Source: the human T2T-CHM13v2.0 reference genome, Homo sapiens
Length of the DNA stretch: 64,000 nt
Direction: 5' to 3'
Assembly: GCA_009914755.4 (NCBI GenBank)
Contig: CP086569.2
Location: forward strand, 13,120,001 to 13,184,000
The notes under the pieces are model-generated. The model ran no database searches, was not told the DNA's origin, and saw only the letters and a program-made list of their open reading frames with translations. A program made the translations under genes and the position numbers. Shown here in pieces: positions 29,213-41,420 of the stretch. Numbering within the stretch: position 1 is the first letter of the stretch; the number at the start of each line of letters is the position of its first letter.

Positions 29213-29645
29213 ATTTTTTTATTTCCATAGGTTTTGGGGGAACAGGTGGTGTTGGGTTACATAAGTAAGTTCTTCAGTGGTGATTTGTGAGATTTTGGTG
29301 CATCCATCACTGAGCAGTATACAATGCACTCAATTTGTAGTGTTTTATCCCTCACCCCCTTCCTACCCTTTCCCCCAGAGTCCCCAGAGTCCTGGCCTTT
29401 GCATCCTTATAGCTTAGCTCCCATTTATGAGTGAGAACATACAATGTTTGGTTTTCCATTTCTGAGTGACTTCACTTAGTCTCCAAACTGATCCACGTTG
29501 CTGTGAATGCCATTAATTCATTCCTTTTCATGGCTGATTAGTATTTCTTTGTACAAATATATACCACAGTTTCTTTATCCACCCATTGATTGGTGGGCAT
29601 TTAGGCTGGTTCCACATTTTTGCAATTGCAAATTGATGAACACAC
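29213..29645 (-). mobile_element. L1 (L1P-like) 3' end, antisense (poly-T at left)
   Basis: TTTTTTTATTTCCATAGGTTTTGGGGGAACAGGTGGTGTTGGGTTACATAAGTAAGTTCTTCAGTGGTGATTTGTGAGATTTTGGTGCATCCATCAC...GCTCCCATTTATGAGTGAGAACATACAATGTTTGGTTTTCC. Confidence 0.85.
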
Positions 29646-29885
29646 CTGATTATGTTACTCCTGGTTTACACCTTTGAAAGACACTGATGGAGGGCAGGTG
29701 AGTTTCAAAGTGGGGCTTAGCCCACAGGGGTTCCTGGCTTAGCCCAGGAAAGAATTCAAGGGCAAACCAGAGGTAGAAGAAAACTGCTTTATTGAAGCAA
29801 CAGTGTTATGCTTTGTGACTGTTCCTGCAGAAAAGGGTTACCCCCTAGGAAGAGAGTAGCAGCTCAGGGCAGTTTTGCAGTCCTA

Positions 29886-30162
29886 TTTATACCCATTTTT
29901 TTTTTTTTTTTCCTTGTTTGAGACAGTGTCTCACCCTGTCACCCAGGGAGTGCAAGTGGCATGATCTCACTGCAAACTCCGCCTCCCATGTTGGAACGAT
30001 TCTCCTGCCTAAGTCTCCAGAGTAGCTAAGATTACAAGCATGCACCACCACACCCGGCCAAATTTTTGTATTTTTAGTAAAGACAGAGTTTCACCATGTT
30101 GGTCAGGCTGGTCTCAATCTCCTGACCTCAAACGATCTGCCCACCTTGGCCTCCCAAAGTGT
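29886..30162 (-). mobile_element. Alu, antisense, with TSD TATACCCA(TTTTT)
   Basis: T-run + GAGACAGTGTCTCACCCTGTCACCCAGGGAGTGCAAGTGGCATGATCTCACTGCAAACTCCGCCTCCC. Flanks are ...CTATTTATACCCA| and |TATACCCATTTTTAATTG. Confidence 0.9.
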
Positions 30163-30559
30163 ATACCCATTTTTAATTGCATGCAGATTAAGGGGTAGGT
30201 TATGCAGAAATATCTAGGGAAAGGGTCGTAATCATTGAGTTATTGGGTCATTGCCACGGAAATGGGTGGTAACTCCCAGGTGTTGCCATGGCATTGGTAA
30301 ATAGACATGGCACACTGGTGGGCATGTCTGACTGAAAGCTGCTTCAGTCTGCCCTGTTTTAGCTAGTCCTCAATCTGGTCTGGCGTCCAACCCCACCTCT
30401 GGAGTCAAGTCCCGCCTCCTACTTCAACACCATAGGGTTGATGTACATGGAGTTTTGGGGTTGGCATGGCTAGGGCGCTAGTCCCAGCCCAGTAACACCT
30501 AAGCTGTGTTCTTCTGAGCAAGTTACAGAGCATTTCAAGTCCCAGGTCCTCTTCTTGGT

Positions 30560-30990
30560 ATTTTGGGGTGCAGTGGGTTAAATTGTGACCTCCTCAAATG
30601 TTACATTAAAGTTCTAAACCCTGGTACCAAATAAATGAGACTTTATTTGGAACTGGGGTCTTTAAAGATGCCATCAAGAGAAAATGAGGTCATACTAGAT
30701 GAAGGTGGGTTCTAAATTCTATATGACTATAATCTCTCTCTATAAGGAGAGAGAGATTTAAAGACACAGAGCGTAGACATTCATGTAATGACAAAGGCAG
30801 AGATTGGAGTGATATGTCCACAAGCCAAGGAATTTCAAGGATTGGCAAGGACGGATTCTACCCAGGGCCTCGGAGGAAGCACCTTGATTTTTGAACTTCT
30901 AGCCTCCAGAATTGTAGAAGAATGAATGTCTGTTTTCTTAAACCACCAAGTTTATGGTGATTTTTATGGCAGCTCTGGGCAATCTCACAC
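30560..30990. repeat. Old LTR-like (MaLR/THE1-MST-like) repeat, same family as 14478-15590
   Basis: GGGGTCTTTAAAGATGCCATCAAGAGAAAATGAGGTCATACTAGATGAAGGTGGG...CCACAAGCCAAGGAAT...GACACCTTGATTTTTGAACTTCTAGCCTCCAGAATTGTAGAAGAATGAATGTCTGTTTTCTTAAACCACCAAGTTTATGGTGATTTTTATGGCAGC. Confidence 0.45.
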
Positions 30991-31204
30991 AAGTGTTTAT
31001 ACCTAAATCATGAGGCTGAATTAAGAAGGAAATAAGAGACTTCATCAAAGCTCTGGCACATTCTGGGGGGATCAAAGCAGTGCTGCTCCGAGGTTGTTGA
31101 TGACTACTTCTCTTTGCTTTGTAGAACTTGGCTGCTCAGGAGAGGCAATGGCTTATCAGCTGTTGCTGAAATTTCCAGACTGCCAGGAGACCAATTGCTA
31201 TGTC

Positions 31205-31678
31205 ACTCAGTGCCAGTATGTGTGAAAGGAAAATATCCTGGGCCCCCAGAATGACTCAGGAAAACTCAAGCTGGAAACTGCTAAGGGCAAACCTGCTTCC
31301 AATTGTATTCAAAGTCACCCCTCTGCTCACTGAGATAGATGGATAATTGATCGCCTCTTTTGGAAAGGCTAAGCAGAAAGTCAAAAGAATGCAACTGTTT
31401 GTGTCTCACCATCTGTGACCTCAAAGCCCCCTCCCACCTCAAGACTTCCAGCCTTGCTTCAATTGGTCCCGCCTTTCCAAAGCGAACCAATGTATGTCTT
31501 ACATATGTTGATTGATGTCTCATGTCTCCCTAAAATGTATAAAATCAAGCTGTGCCAGGACCACCTTAGGCACATGTCATCAGGGTCCCATGAGGCTGTG
31601 TCATGCATGGGCGTGTCCTCAACCTTGACAAAATAATCTTTCTAAGTTAACTGAGACCTCTCAGATTTTCTGGGTTCA
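31205..31678 (+). repeat. LTR-like element, copy 2 (homolog of 24400-24872)
   Basis: Same block order and motifs as copy 1: ...AAAGTCACCCCTCTGCTC.CTGAGA...GATCGCCTC.TTTGGAAAGGCT.A.CAGAAA.TCAAAA.AATGCAACTGTTTGTGTCTCACC... Confidence 0.45.
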
Positions 31679-31931
31679 GACAAATTTTGCTGAATTATTG
31701 CAACAGTCCTGATTCAGTTTCTATCTATTGTTGACAAACATAAACCCTTTTGGTTGGCTACTGGCCATGTTCAGACTTGTTGCTCTTAATACACTGTTTA
31801 AATGTCTGGTATGTTGCATCCTGATGACACAGGGCCTTATATTTAGAGCAAAGCAACTGAGCAGATGGCACAAGTGTCTGTAGGTGCTTGTTTTCTGGCA
31901 CAGGAAGATATGCTTAGAAAATGGAAATTAG

Positions 31932-32190
31932 GGTTGGTGCAGTGGCTTATGCCTGTAATTCCAGCACTTTGGGAGGCTGAGGCAGGAGGATCACTAGGGG
32001 AATGGAGTTTGAGATTGACCTGGGCAACATAGGAAGACTCATTCCCTACAAAATAATATGAGCTGGGTGTCGTGGTACGTGTCTACAGTGCCACCTACTA
32101 TGGAGGCTGAACTGGGAGGATTGCTGTGGGGTCCAAGAGTTCAAGGCTGCAGTAGCTCTGATTGCACCAGGGTACTCAGCTGCCAACATG
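31932..32190 (+). mobile_element. Alu (old, diverged), sense
   Basis: GGTTGGTGCAGTGGCTTATGCCTGTAATTCCAGCACTTTGGGAGGCTGAGGCAGGAGGATCACT... Confidence 0.85.
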
Positions 32191-32335
32191 AATGACACAG
32201 CAACTATCTACATAGGAAAGTCATGAGGTACCGACTTCTTCAGAGGCAACAAATGGTCATTAATGTTCTTCACGCCAGGAAGGCAACAGTACTTAAGACA
32301 GAAATCCAGAAAAATGCTAGCCAAAGAATGTCCTG

Positions 32336-32648
32336 GTTTTTTTTTTTTCTTTTTTCTTTTTTTTTGAAATGGAGTCTTGCTCTGTTGCCCAGGCTGGAGT
32401 GCAGTGGTGCAAACCTGGCTCACTACAACACCCACCTCCCAGGTTCAAGGGTTTTCCTGCCTCAGCCTCCCAAGTATCTGGGACTACAGGTATGTGTCAC
32501 CACCTCTGGCTAATTTTTGTATTTTTAGTACAGACAGGGTTTCATGATGTTGGCCAGGCTGGTTTTGAACTCCTGACCTCAAGTGATCCACCCACCTTGG
32601 ACTCCCAAAGTGCTGGGATTACAAGAGTGAGCCCCCATGCCTAGCCAG
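32336..32648 (-). mobile_element. Alu, antisense
   Basis: T-rich + GAAATGGAGTCTTGCTCTGTTGCCCAGGCTGGAGTGCAGTGGTGCAAAC ... GAGCCCCCATGCCTAGCC. Confidence 0.9.
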
Positions 32649-32911
32649 GATGTCCTGTTTGTATTCATATTCAGAACTCATTTTGGTGGTGGTTAAGACA
32701 ACTGGTTTTGGCACAATTTACAAATCTTTGCATTATGCAAAGAAAAATGAACCCCAACATAGACTTTCAAGAATCACCACATGTGAGAAGAAAAAGATCC
32801 CAGGGAAACAGCAAGTGGAATGAAAGAACAGAACAAAGAAAGTCAGGAAGACTGCAAAGGCCACTGTTGGTTCTGGCAATAGAAGAGGTGGAGACTGGGT
32901 GAAAAACAGAC

Positions 32912-33409
32912 TAAGAGAAGAGAGACAGACCCTCTCATATTGCTTTATATTGTTTTATACTCAGAAAAGGAAAGAAAAGTGAAACAAAAGGCAGGTAGCC
33001 CGGCGCCTAGGAACCAGACCTGAAACCAAAGAACCAGACCTGAAACCAGGCCTGGGCCTGCCTGACCTAAGCCTGGTGGTTAAAATTCCACCCCTGACCT
33101 AGCAACTGATGTTATCTATAGATTCCAGACATTGTATGGAAGGACATTGTGAAACCTCCCATTCTATTCTGTTTCACTCTGACCACTGGTGCTTGCAGTC
33201 CCTGTCACGTTACCCCTGCCTTGCTCAATCAATCACAGCCCTCTCACACAGACCCCCTTGGAGTTGTGAGCCCTTAAAAGGGAAAGAAGGTGGGCACCTG
33301 AAAGCTCAGATTTTAAGATGTTAGTCTGCCAATGCTTCCAGCTGATTAAAGCCACTTCCTTCACTATCTTGGTGTCTGTGGGGTTTTGTTCACAGCTTGT
33401 CCTGCTACA
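32912..33409 (+). repeat. HERV-E 5' LTR (LTR2-type)
   Basis: About 90% identical to 38953-39474. Begins TAAGAGAAGAGAGACAGACCCTC (TG>TA), ends CCTGCTACA. Confidence 0.85.
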
Positions 33410-33414
33410 TTTCT

Positions 33415-33432
33415 TGGTTCCCTGACCTGGAA
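33415..33432 (+). other. Primer-binding site complementary to the tRNA-Glu 3' end
   Basis: TGGTTCCCTGACCTGGAA, 5 nt after the LTR end. Confidence 0.7.
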
Positions 33433-33934
33433 GTGAGGTGACTGATGGACGGCCGAGGCAGCCCCTTAGGTGGCTTAGGCTTACCCTGTGGAGCATCCCT
33501 GTGGGGGACTCCAGCCAGCCTGAGTTACGCGATGCAAAGAACACTCATGGGTAGGCAATTGCCCCGGTGGAACGCCTCACCAAAGCAGCACATAACGGGC
33601 CCCCACGGAGGATTAACACAGTGGCTGAACACCAGGAAGGAACTGGCACTTGGAGTCCAGACATCTGAAACTTGGTAAGACTAGTCTTTGAAATTTGCCC
33701 ACTCCATTTGAGTGGAAGCATGGCCTGATCACCCACGGTGTGCCTGTATTGGCACTTTTGTTCCGGTTTTGACTTTACTTGAATTGCTTGATACTTTGAT
33801 TTTGATTTTGACTTGGCCTGATACTCTGATTTTAGTTTGGTATAAATCTTAAAGGTGTGTGTGTGCCCTCTTTACCCATTCTTTGTTTTGTGGTGAGTGT
33901 GTGGTGTGGGCATGGTATTTTGTCTTGAGAAAAC

Positions 33935-34396
33935 ATGGGCCAGCCTCAAAGTAAGCCAATCCCATTGGGAACTATGTTAAAGAATTTCAAGAAAGGATTC
34001 AAAGGAGACTATGGAGTCATTATGACTCCAGGAAAACTTAGAACTTTGTGTGAAATAGATTGGCCAGAATTACAGGTGGGTTGGCCATCAGAAGGAAGCT
34101 TGGACAGGTGTCTTGTCTCAAAGGTATGGCAAAAAGTAACTTGTAAGGCAGGACACCCAGATCAGTTCTCATATATAGATTCCTGGTTACAGCTAGTTTT
34201 AGACCCCCCACAGTGGTTAAGAGGACAGGCAGCAGCATTACTAGTAGCAAAGGGACAGTTAGTTAAAGAAGGTTCTTGCTCCACCCGCAGAGGGAAGCCA
34301 ACACCTAAAGTTCTATCTGATACAGTGCCTGAAGATTCATTCAGTCGGTTGTGCAAAAGGGATGGATGCCCTGCACCTGGAGGACTGTGGGCATAA
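33935..34396 (+). pseudogene. HERV-E gag remnant (MA/p12 region), fused by deletion into pol
   Basis: ORF MGQPQSKPIPLGTMLKNFKKGF...LCEIDWPELQVGWPSEGS...GHPDQFSYIDSWLQL. Reading passes straight into the RT C-terminal region, so ~2.5-3 kb (CA-NC-PR-most of RT) is missing. Confidence 0.75.
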
Positions 34397-34399
34397 GGT

Positions 34400-36780
34400 G
34401 TCCAAGAAGAAAGCTCAGACCTGCAGACAGCAGGTACACTACCTGGGATTCACTATTCAGAAAGGGGAGTGCAGCCTGGGGTCAGAAAGAAAGCAGGTCA
34501 TCTGCAGCTTACCAGAACCTGAAACCAGAAGGCAAGTAAGGGAATTTCTAGGAGCTGTGGGGTTTTGCAGATTATGGATTCCAAACTTTGCAGTGCTAGC
34601 CAACCATTGTATGGGATTACAAAGGGGGGTGACTGAGAGCCCTTTGAATGGGAGCCTCTACAACAGCAAGCCTTTTGTAAGTTAAAAGAAAAACTTATGT
34701 CACCCCAGCTCCAGGACTACAAGATTTGACAGAGCCCTTTACACTCTATGTATCAGAAAGAGAAAAAATGGCAGTTGGAGTTTTAACCCAAACTGTGCGG
34801 CCCTGGCCAAGACCAGTGGCCTACCTCTCAAAACAGCTAAATGGAGTTTCAAAAGGCTGGCCTCCATGTCTGAGAGCCCTGGCAGCTAAAGCCCTGTTAG
34901 CACAAGAAGTAGAAAAGCTAATCCTTGGACAAAACTTAAGTATAAAGGCCCTCCATGCAGTGGTAAGTTTAAAGAATATCAAAGGACACAATTGGCTAAC
35001 AAATGCTAGATTAACCAAATACCAGAGCTTGCTATGTGAAAACCCCTACATAACCATTGAAGTCTGTAACACCCTAAATCCTGCCACCTTTCTCCCAGTA
35101 TTGGATAGCCCTGTTGAACATAGCTGTGTGGAGGTGTTGGACTGAGTCCATTCTAGCAGATCCAATCTTTGATACCAGCCATGGGCATCAGTGGACTGGG
35201 AGTTATACATGGACGGGAGCAGCTTCATCAATCCACGAGGAGAAAGATGTTCCGGATATGTGGTGGTAACCTTGAATAATGTTATTGAAGCCAAGCCATC
35301 GCTCAGGGCACTTCAGCCTAGAAAGCAGAACTCATTGCTTAAACTCGGACTCTAGAACTCAGTGAAGGTAAGACTGTAAACATTTATCCTGACTCTCAAC
35401 ATGCCTTTCTAACCATTCAAGTACATGGAGCATTATATAAAGAAAAAGCCCTGTTAAATTCTGGAGGCAGAGACTTAAAATATCAACGAGAAATTCTGCA
35501 ATTATTAGAGGCAGTGTGGAAAGCCCAAAAGGCAGCAGTTATGCACTGCAGGTGACATCAGCGAGCTTCCACCTCAGTAAGCCAGTGAAACTCCCGAGCA
35601 GTCACAGAGGCACGAAAAGCAGCGTCTACTCCTTACCGGGCATCAGTCACAGCCTTCCTGCTCCCTCAAACACCTGATCTTGTGTCTACTTATTCTAAAG
35701 AGGAAAAAGACTTTCTTCAGGCAGAGGGAGGACAAGCAATACAAAAAGGATGGATAAAGTTACTAGATGGGAGAATAGCTGTACCACAGCTGCTAGGAGC
35801 CACAGTCACGCTGGCTGTACATGAAACTACCCATTCAGGCCAAGACTCACTTGAAAAGCTGTTAAGCTGGTATTTCTATATCTCACACTTGCCAGCTCTT
35901 GCTAAGACAGTAGCACAGTGATGGGTTACCTGATGACAGCATAATGCAAAGCAAGGCCCCTCTGTTCCTCCTGGCATAAAAGCCTATAGAGCAGCTCCTT
36001 TTGAAGATCTTCAAGTGGACTTCACAAAGATGCCCAAATGTGGAGGTAACAAGTATTTACTGGTTCTAATGTGTACTTACTCTGGGTGGGTAGAGGCTTA
36101 TCCAACAAGAACTGAAAAAGCTTGTGTAGTAACCTGTGTGCTTCTTTGAGACCTCATCCCTAGGTTTGGACTCCCTCTATGGATCGGCTCAGATAGTAGG
36201 CCGGCATTTGAGGCTGATGTAGTACAGAGACGGCAAAGATATTGGGAATCACTTGGAAGTTACATGCTGCCTACTGACCTCAGAGTTCCGGAAAGGTGGA
36301 GTGAATTAATCAGACTATTAAAAATAGGTTAGGGAAAGTATGTCAAGAGACAGGATTAAAATGGATGCAGTCCCTTCCTATAGTATTGTTTAAAATTAGT
36401 TGCATCTCCTCTATGAAAATAGGATACTCCCCTTATGAAATATTATATCACAGGCCTTCTCCTATACTGTGAGGACTTTCAGGTACTCCGCAAGAGTTGG
36501 GTGAAATTGAATTGCAGCAACAGCTACAGGTCTTGGGGAAAATTACCCAGACAATCTCAACTTGGGTAAATGAGAAGTGCCTGGTCAGCTTATTCTCCCC
36601 AGTTCACGCTTTTTCTCCAGGTCACCATGTGTGGATCAACAACTGGAACATAGCCCCTTTGTGGCCATGGTGGAAAGGACCTCAGACCATTATCTTGACC
36701 ACCCTCACAGCTGTAAAAGTAGAAGGAATTCTGACCTGGATTCACCACAGCTGCCTAAAGCCTGCAGCTGCTGATACCTA
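34400..36780 (+). pseudogene. HERV-E pol remnant (RT C-terminus / RNase H / integrase), multiple stops and frameshifts
   Basis: ORFs 34362..34685 and 34726..35145 (RNase H motifs), 35682..35921 (IN N-terminus); 35940-36780 IN core with stops. Confidence 0.75.
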
Positions 36781-36884
36781 GGCCAAACCAAGCCTGGACA
36801 ATCCCTGTAAAGTGACCCTGAGGGGGATGACAAGCCCCGCTGCAGTCACATCCGGAAGCTGACTGGTCTACATACGGCCAAAGC

Positions 36885-38925
36885 ATGAGGAAAATCGTCG
36901 TGGGACTTATTTTCCTTATAACATGGATTTGTGTGGTAAAAGCTGCTTCTTCCCACACAGAGGAATGCTTTCAGTGCATACTTCAGGTCACTGAGGTAGG
37001 ACAAAAGGTTAAAACAATCTTTTTGTTCTATAGTTATTATGAGTGCCTAGGAACTCCAGAAGGAACATGTTTATATAATAACACTCAGCACAAAGTCTGT
37101 AATCCAGGAAGTGATCAGCCTGATGTGTGCTGTGACTCCTCTGAACCTCCCATGATCACAGTTTTTTGAAATAAGACTAAGAACTGGTCCTTTTCTAGGT
37201 GACACAAGTAAAATAATAGCTAAGACACAAGAAAGAGGGGTCCCCAAGCATGTAACCCTAAAATTTGATGCTTTTGCCACTATTAATAGTAATCAGTATG
37301 GAATAGGATGCGGTTCTTTAGATTGGGAAAAAAGTTACACAGCAGAAAATAAGTATATCTGCGATGAATCATATTCATGTACAAAAGTGTGTCAGCACTG
37401 GTCTTGTGTCATCTGGGTTTCTTGGAAAAAAGATGAAAAAGATCTCGTTTTCCAAAAAGGAAAAAGCAGCTCGTCCTGCACAAGTGGAAGCTGCAACCCT
37501 TTAGAATTGGTAATTACAAATCCCTTATACCCAAAGTAGGAAAAAGGAGAACACATATCTCTAGGCATTGATGGAAAAGGACTAGACCCTAGAGTAAATA
37601 CCTTAATAAAAGGGGAGGTTCAGAAACGCTGTCCAGAACCAGTATTTCAGACTTTCTATGATGAACTAAATGTGCCAGTACCTGAGATTCCAGGAAAAAC
37701 TAAAAATTTGTTTTTGCAATTAACCGAGCATGTAGCCCAGTCTCTAAAAGTCATTCTGTGTTGTTTGTGGAGGAACTTTAAAAGGAGATCGATGGCCACG
37801 GGAAGCCCAAGAATCAGTTCCTACAGACCCAGTTCCTGATGAATTCCCAGCCCAAAAGAACCACCCTGACAATTTCTGGGTTCTAAAAGTCTCAATTATT
37901 GTACACTATTGCATAGCTAGAAAAGGAAAAGAATTTACTCATCCTGTAGGACGGCTTAGTTGTCTAGGACAGAAACTGTATAACAGTACCACAAAACAGT
38001 TACATGGGGGAGTTCAAACCACACAGAGAAAAATCCATTCAGTAAATTTCCAGAGTTGCAGACCATTTGGGCCCACCCAGAATCCCACCAGGACTGGACT
38101 GCCCCCACTGGGTTATACTGGATATGTGGACATAGAGCCTATGCTAAGCTACCTGACCAGTGGACAGGTAGTTGTGTAATTGGCACTATTAAAACATCTT
38201 TCTTCCTAATACCCATAAAAACAGGTGAACTCCTACGCTTCCCTGTCTGTGCTTCTCACGAAAAGCAAAGCATAGCCATAGGTAATTGGAAAGACGATGA
38301 ATGGCTTCCTGAGAGAATTATACAATACTATGGGCCTGCCCCTTGGGCACAAAATGGCTCATGGGGATACCAGACCCCCATTTACATGTTCAACTGAATT
38401 ATACAGTTGCAAGCTGTTTTAGAAATCATCAGTAATAAAACTGGTTAAGCCGTGACTGTTCTAGCCTGGCAAGAAACTCAGATGAGGAATGCTATCTATC
38501 AAAATAGATGAGCTCTCGACTACTTGCTAGCAGCTGAAGGAGGGGTTTGTGGAAAATTTAACCTTACTAATTGCTGTCTACACATAGATGATCAGGGGCA
38601 AGTAGTTGAAGACATAGTTAAAAATAAAACGAAACTGGCACATGTGCCCCTGCAAGTGTGGCATGGATATGATCTTGGGGCCATGTTTAGAAATTGGTTC
38701 CCAGCACTAGGAGGATTTAAAACTCTACAGTAGGAGTTATAATAGTAATAGGAACCTGCTTACTGCTCCCTTTTTTACTACCTGTACTTCTTCAAAGGAT
38801 AAAAAGCTTCATTGCTACCTTTGTTCACCAAAATGCTTCAGTACAAATGTACTATGTGAATCACTATCAATCTATTACACAGGAAGACAAAAGTAGCAAA
38901 AATGAGAGTAAGAACTCCCACTAAT
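36885..38925 (+). pseudogene. HERV-E env remnant (SU + TM with immunosuppressive-domain-like [21 protein letters not shown]), disrupted
   Basis: ORFs 36885..37169 (signal/SU N-terminus), 38056..38397 (SU C-terminus, GLYWICG), 38524..38733 (TM). Stops lie between them. Confidence 0.75.
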
Positions 38926-38952
38926 AAAAAGTGAGAGTCTCAAAGGGGGAAA

Positions 38953-39474
38953 ATGAGAGAAGAGAGACAGACCCTCTCATATTGTTTTATACTCAGAAAA
39001 GGAAAGGAAAGCGAAACTAAAGGCAGGTAGCCCAGTGCCTAGGAACCAGACCCGAAACCGAGGAAGCAGAACGAAAACCAGGCCTGGGCCTGCCTGACCT
39101 AAGCCTGGTAGTTAAAATCCCACCCCAACCTAGCAACTGATGTTATCTATACATTATAGAAAGACACTATAAAACTTCCCAGTCTGTTCTGTTTCACTCT
39201 GACCACCAGTACTTGCAGCCCCTGTCATGTACCCCCTGGCTTGCTCAATTGATCACGACCCTCTCACAGACCCCCTTAGAGTTATGAGCCCTTAAAAGGG
39301 ACAGAAGTTGGGCACCTGACAAGCTCGGATTTTAAGATGTTAGTCTGTCGATGCTTCCAGCTGATTAAAGATGGATTTTAAGACATTAGTCTGCCAATGC
39401 TTCCAGCTGATTAAAGCCACTTCCTTCACTATCTTGGTGTCTGGGGGATTTTGTGCACAGCTCGTCCTGCTACA
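38953..39474 (+). repeat. HERV-E 3' LTR, preceded by PPT AAAGGGGGAAAA; contains an internal ~45-bp tandem duplication (39330-39420)
   Basis: GATTTTAAGATGTTAGTCTGTCGATGCTTCCAGCTGATTAAAG is repeated as GATTTTAAGACATTAGTCTGCCAATGCTTCCAGCTGATTAAAG. That block is single in the 5' LTR. Confidence 0.85.
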
Positions 39475-40229
39475 AGACAAAGTAGCAATTCTGCAATGAC
39501 ATCAGCAGCAGCCATTGTGTGGATTTTTTACAAGAGAATTAATAAATTATAAACTTTAAGGAAATAAAACAAATTTCAATCAACATTTATCCACAGGAAT
39601 TCCCCCCCCCCCCACCAAAAAAAAAGTTAGCAGCTAGTGGAGTAACCAGTGGGCCTTTAATAATCTGGAATGGTAGATAAATTTATTGGATCTTAAATGC
39701 ATTCCTTGGAAACTTGAAAGCACCAAAGTTAGTGGCCTTTGGCAGCCTGATAGTAATTACCTCTACTCGTTAGGACCCCAGGGCTGAGAGAGTTCCCCTT
39801 CCTTGTCACACAGACAAAATGGGAACACCCCACAGCAAGGCTTCAGCCACATCCTGCCCTGATTCAGTTCTGAGAATTGGTAGGGCACAGGCACCATGGT
39901 TTCCCAGTGTTCCTTCAGGGTATCAGCCACCTTTTTAATCACAAAATAATGGAGAGTTGGAGAGTCTCCTTGTCAGGCATCAGTGGGGAAGGAAAATTAA
40001 ATTAAGTAATAAAATTTAAAATAATAAGCATAACATAGGTAATAGTTAACATTTAGTATAAGCTATTTAGAAGTCACACATAGGCTAAAATTTTAAGCAG
40101 ACCCTCCCAGCATTGTTAACAAGTTGCAGATGCAAGCTTACTTCAAAAGCTTTTCACCTGCCTCGGCCCACCACCTCCCCGCCACTTCCATCCCCCCACC
40201 CACTTCCACCCCCGTACCGCATCCCGCAC

Positions 40230-40320
40230 ATTGCACTGTGCATTGTGCCATTGCACTCCAGCCTGGGTAACATAGTGAGACTCCATTTCAATAATAATAA
40301 TAATAATAAATAAAATAAAG
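40230..40320 (+). mobile_element. Alu 3'-terminal fragment with (AAT)n tail
   Basis: TGCACTGTGCATTGTGCCATTGCACTCCAGCCTGGGTAACATAGTGAGACTCCATTTCAATAATAATAATAAT. Confidence 0.8.
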
Positions 40321-40454
40321 TTGATATAAATTGAGCAAGTGGATAATACTACTGTCTTCATGGGTAAAATGCTGATGAAATTTGTCCAAAAATCTGATAG
40401 CTATTTCTTGGCTTATGACTTTGTGGGTTTTTGGTTGTTGCTGTTTGTTTGTCT

Positions 40455-40743
<289 letters not shown>

Positions 40744-41039
40744 TGACTTTGTGGTTTGAAAGAAAAAAAAGCTATTTTCTGGTGGCAGACTGCATGTGTA
40801 AACACTTGTGTTAATTACTTCATTCCAAGAGAGCTTATCTCTGTTGACCTGGGAAACCCAAACATACACCTTGTGACTTGGAATTCAGATAAAAAGCTGT
40901 TATTGCATCAAAATAAAACTGAACCACACAGGGTGATCTTGTATCTCTGAGAAGTGCAGTAATTTTGATGTGGCCGGTGGTTGTTGTGTATGCCAGTGCA
41001 CCTATGCACAGGTGTACTTTTTCTTTTCTTTCCTTGGTA

Positions 41040-41327
41040 TCTTTTTTTTTCTTTCTAAGACATGCTCTATCACAGGCTAGTGTGCAATGCTGTGATCATG
41101 CTCACTACAGCCTCAAACTCCTGGACTTAAGTGATCCTCCCACTTCAGCCTCCCAAGTAACTGGGACTACAGGCACATGCCACCATGCTCAACTTACTTA
41201 AAAACATTTTTGTGAAGATGCGGTCTTACTGTTGCCAAGGCTGGTTTGAAACTCCTGGGATCAAGCAATCCTCCCACCTTGGCCTCCTGAAGTTCCGGGA
41301 TTACAGGCGTGAGCCATCGTGCCCAGC
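41040..41327 (-). mobile_element. Alu (old, AluJ-like), antisense
   Basis: ...GCTAGTGTGCAATGCTGTGATCATGCTCACTACAGCCTCAAACTCCTGGACTTAAGTGATCC ... GTGAGCCATCGTGCCCAGCC. Confidence 0.85.
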
Positions 41328-41420
41328 CCTTTATCACTTGTTAACATAGTCAAGCCATGTTTTTATTTCCTCACATCCTAACTTGAGGGCAGAGTCCAGC
41401 AGAGCCCGCCAGTTTGCATA

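Larger units (their letters stand above)
32912..39474 (+). mobile_element. HERV-E-like (class I / gammaretrovirus-like) provirus, ~6.56 kb: LTR-PBS(Glu)-gag remnant-pol remnant-env remnant-PPT-LTR. Internally deleted, flanked by 4-bp TSD AGAC.
   Basis: Two ~500-bp direct LTRs (32912-33409, 38953-39474) ending ...CCTGCTACA. PBS TGGTTCCCTGACCTGGAA fits the tRNA-Glu 3' end (TGGTTCCCTGACCGGGAA, 1 mismatch). Gag starts MGQPQSKPIPLG...; pol shows YLGF...QVREFLGAVGFCRLWIPNFA, RNase H ...RPVAYLSKQL...LNPATFLP, integrase. Env shows signal peptide, [32 protein letters not shown] is at 32908-32911 and 39475-39478. Confidence 0.85.

Noticed and set aside
36885-38733. HERV-E env fragments as a possible captured syncytin-like envelope gene
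   Set aside because: The reading frame is broken by several stops/frameshifts between the SU and TM pieces, and there is no long intact ORF.
39597-39630. Poly-C(13)/poly-A run
   Set aside because: Homopolymer slippage-prone tract only; no feature inferred.
40143-40230. C-rich block (CCACCTCCCCGCCACTTCCATCCCCCCACCCACTTCCACCCCCGTACCGCATCCCGCACA) upstream of an Alu tail
   Set aside because: Short, no recognisable motif spacing (not a clear Sp1/GC-box cluster near a TSS). It may be a G-quadruplex-prone C-strand, but it is too short to support a feature call.
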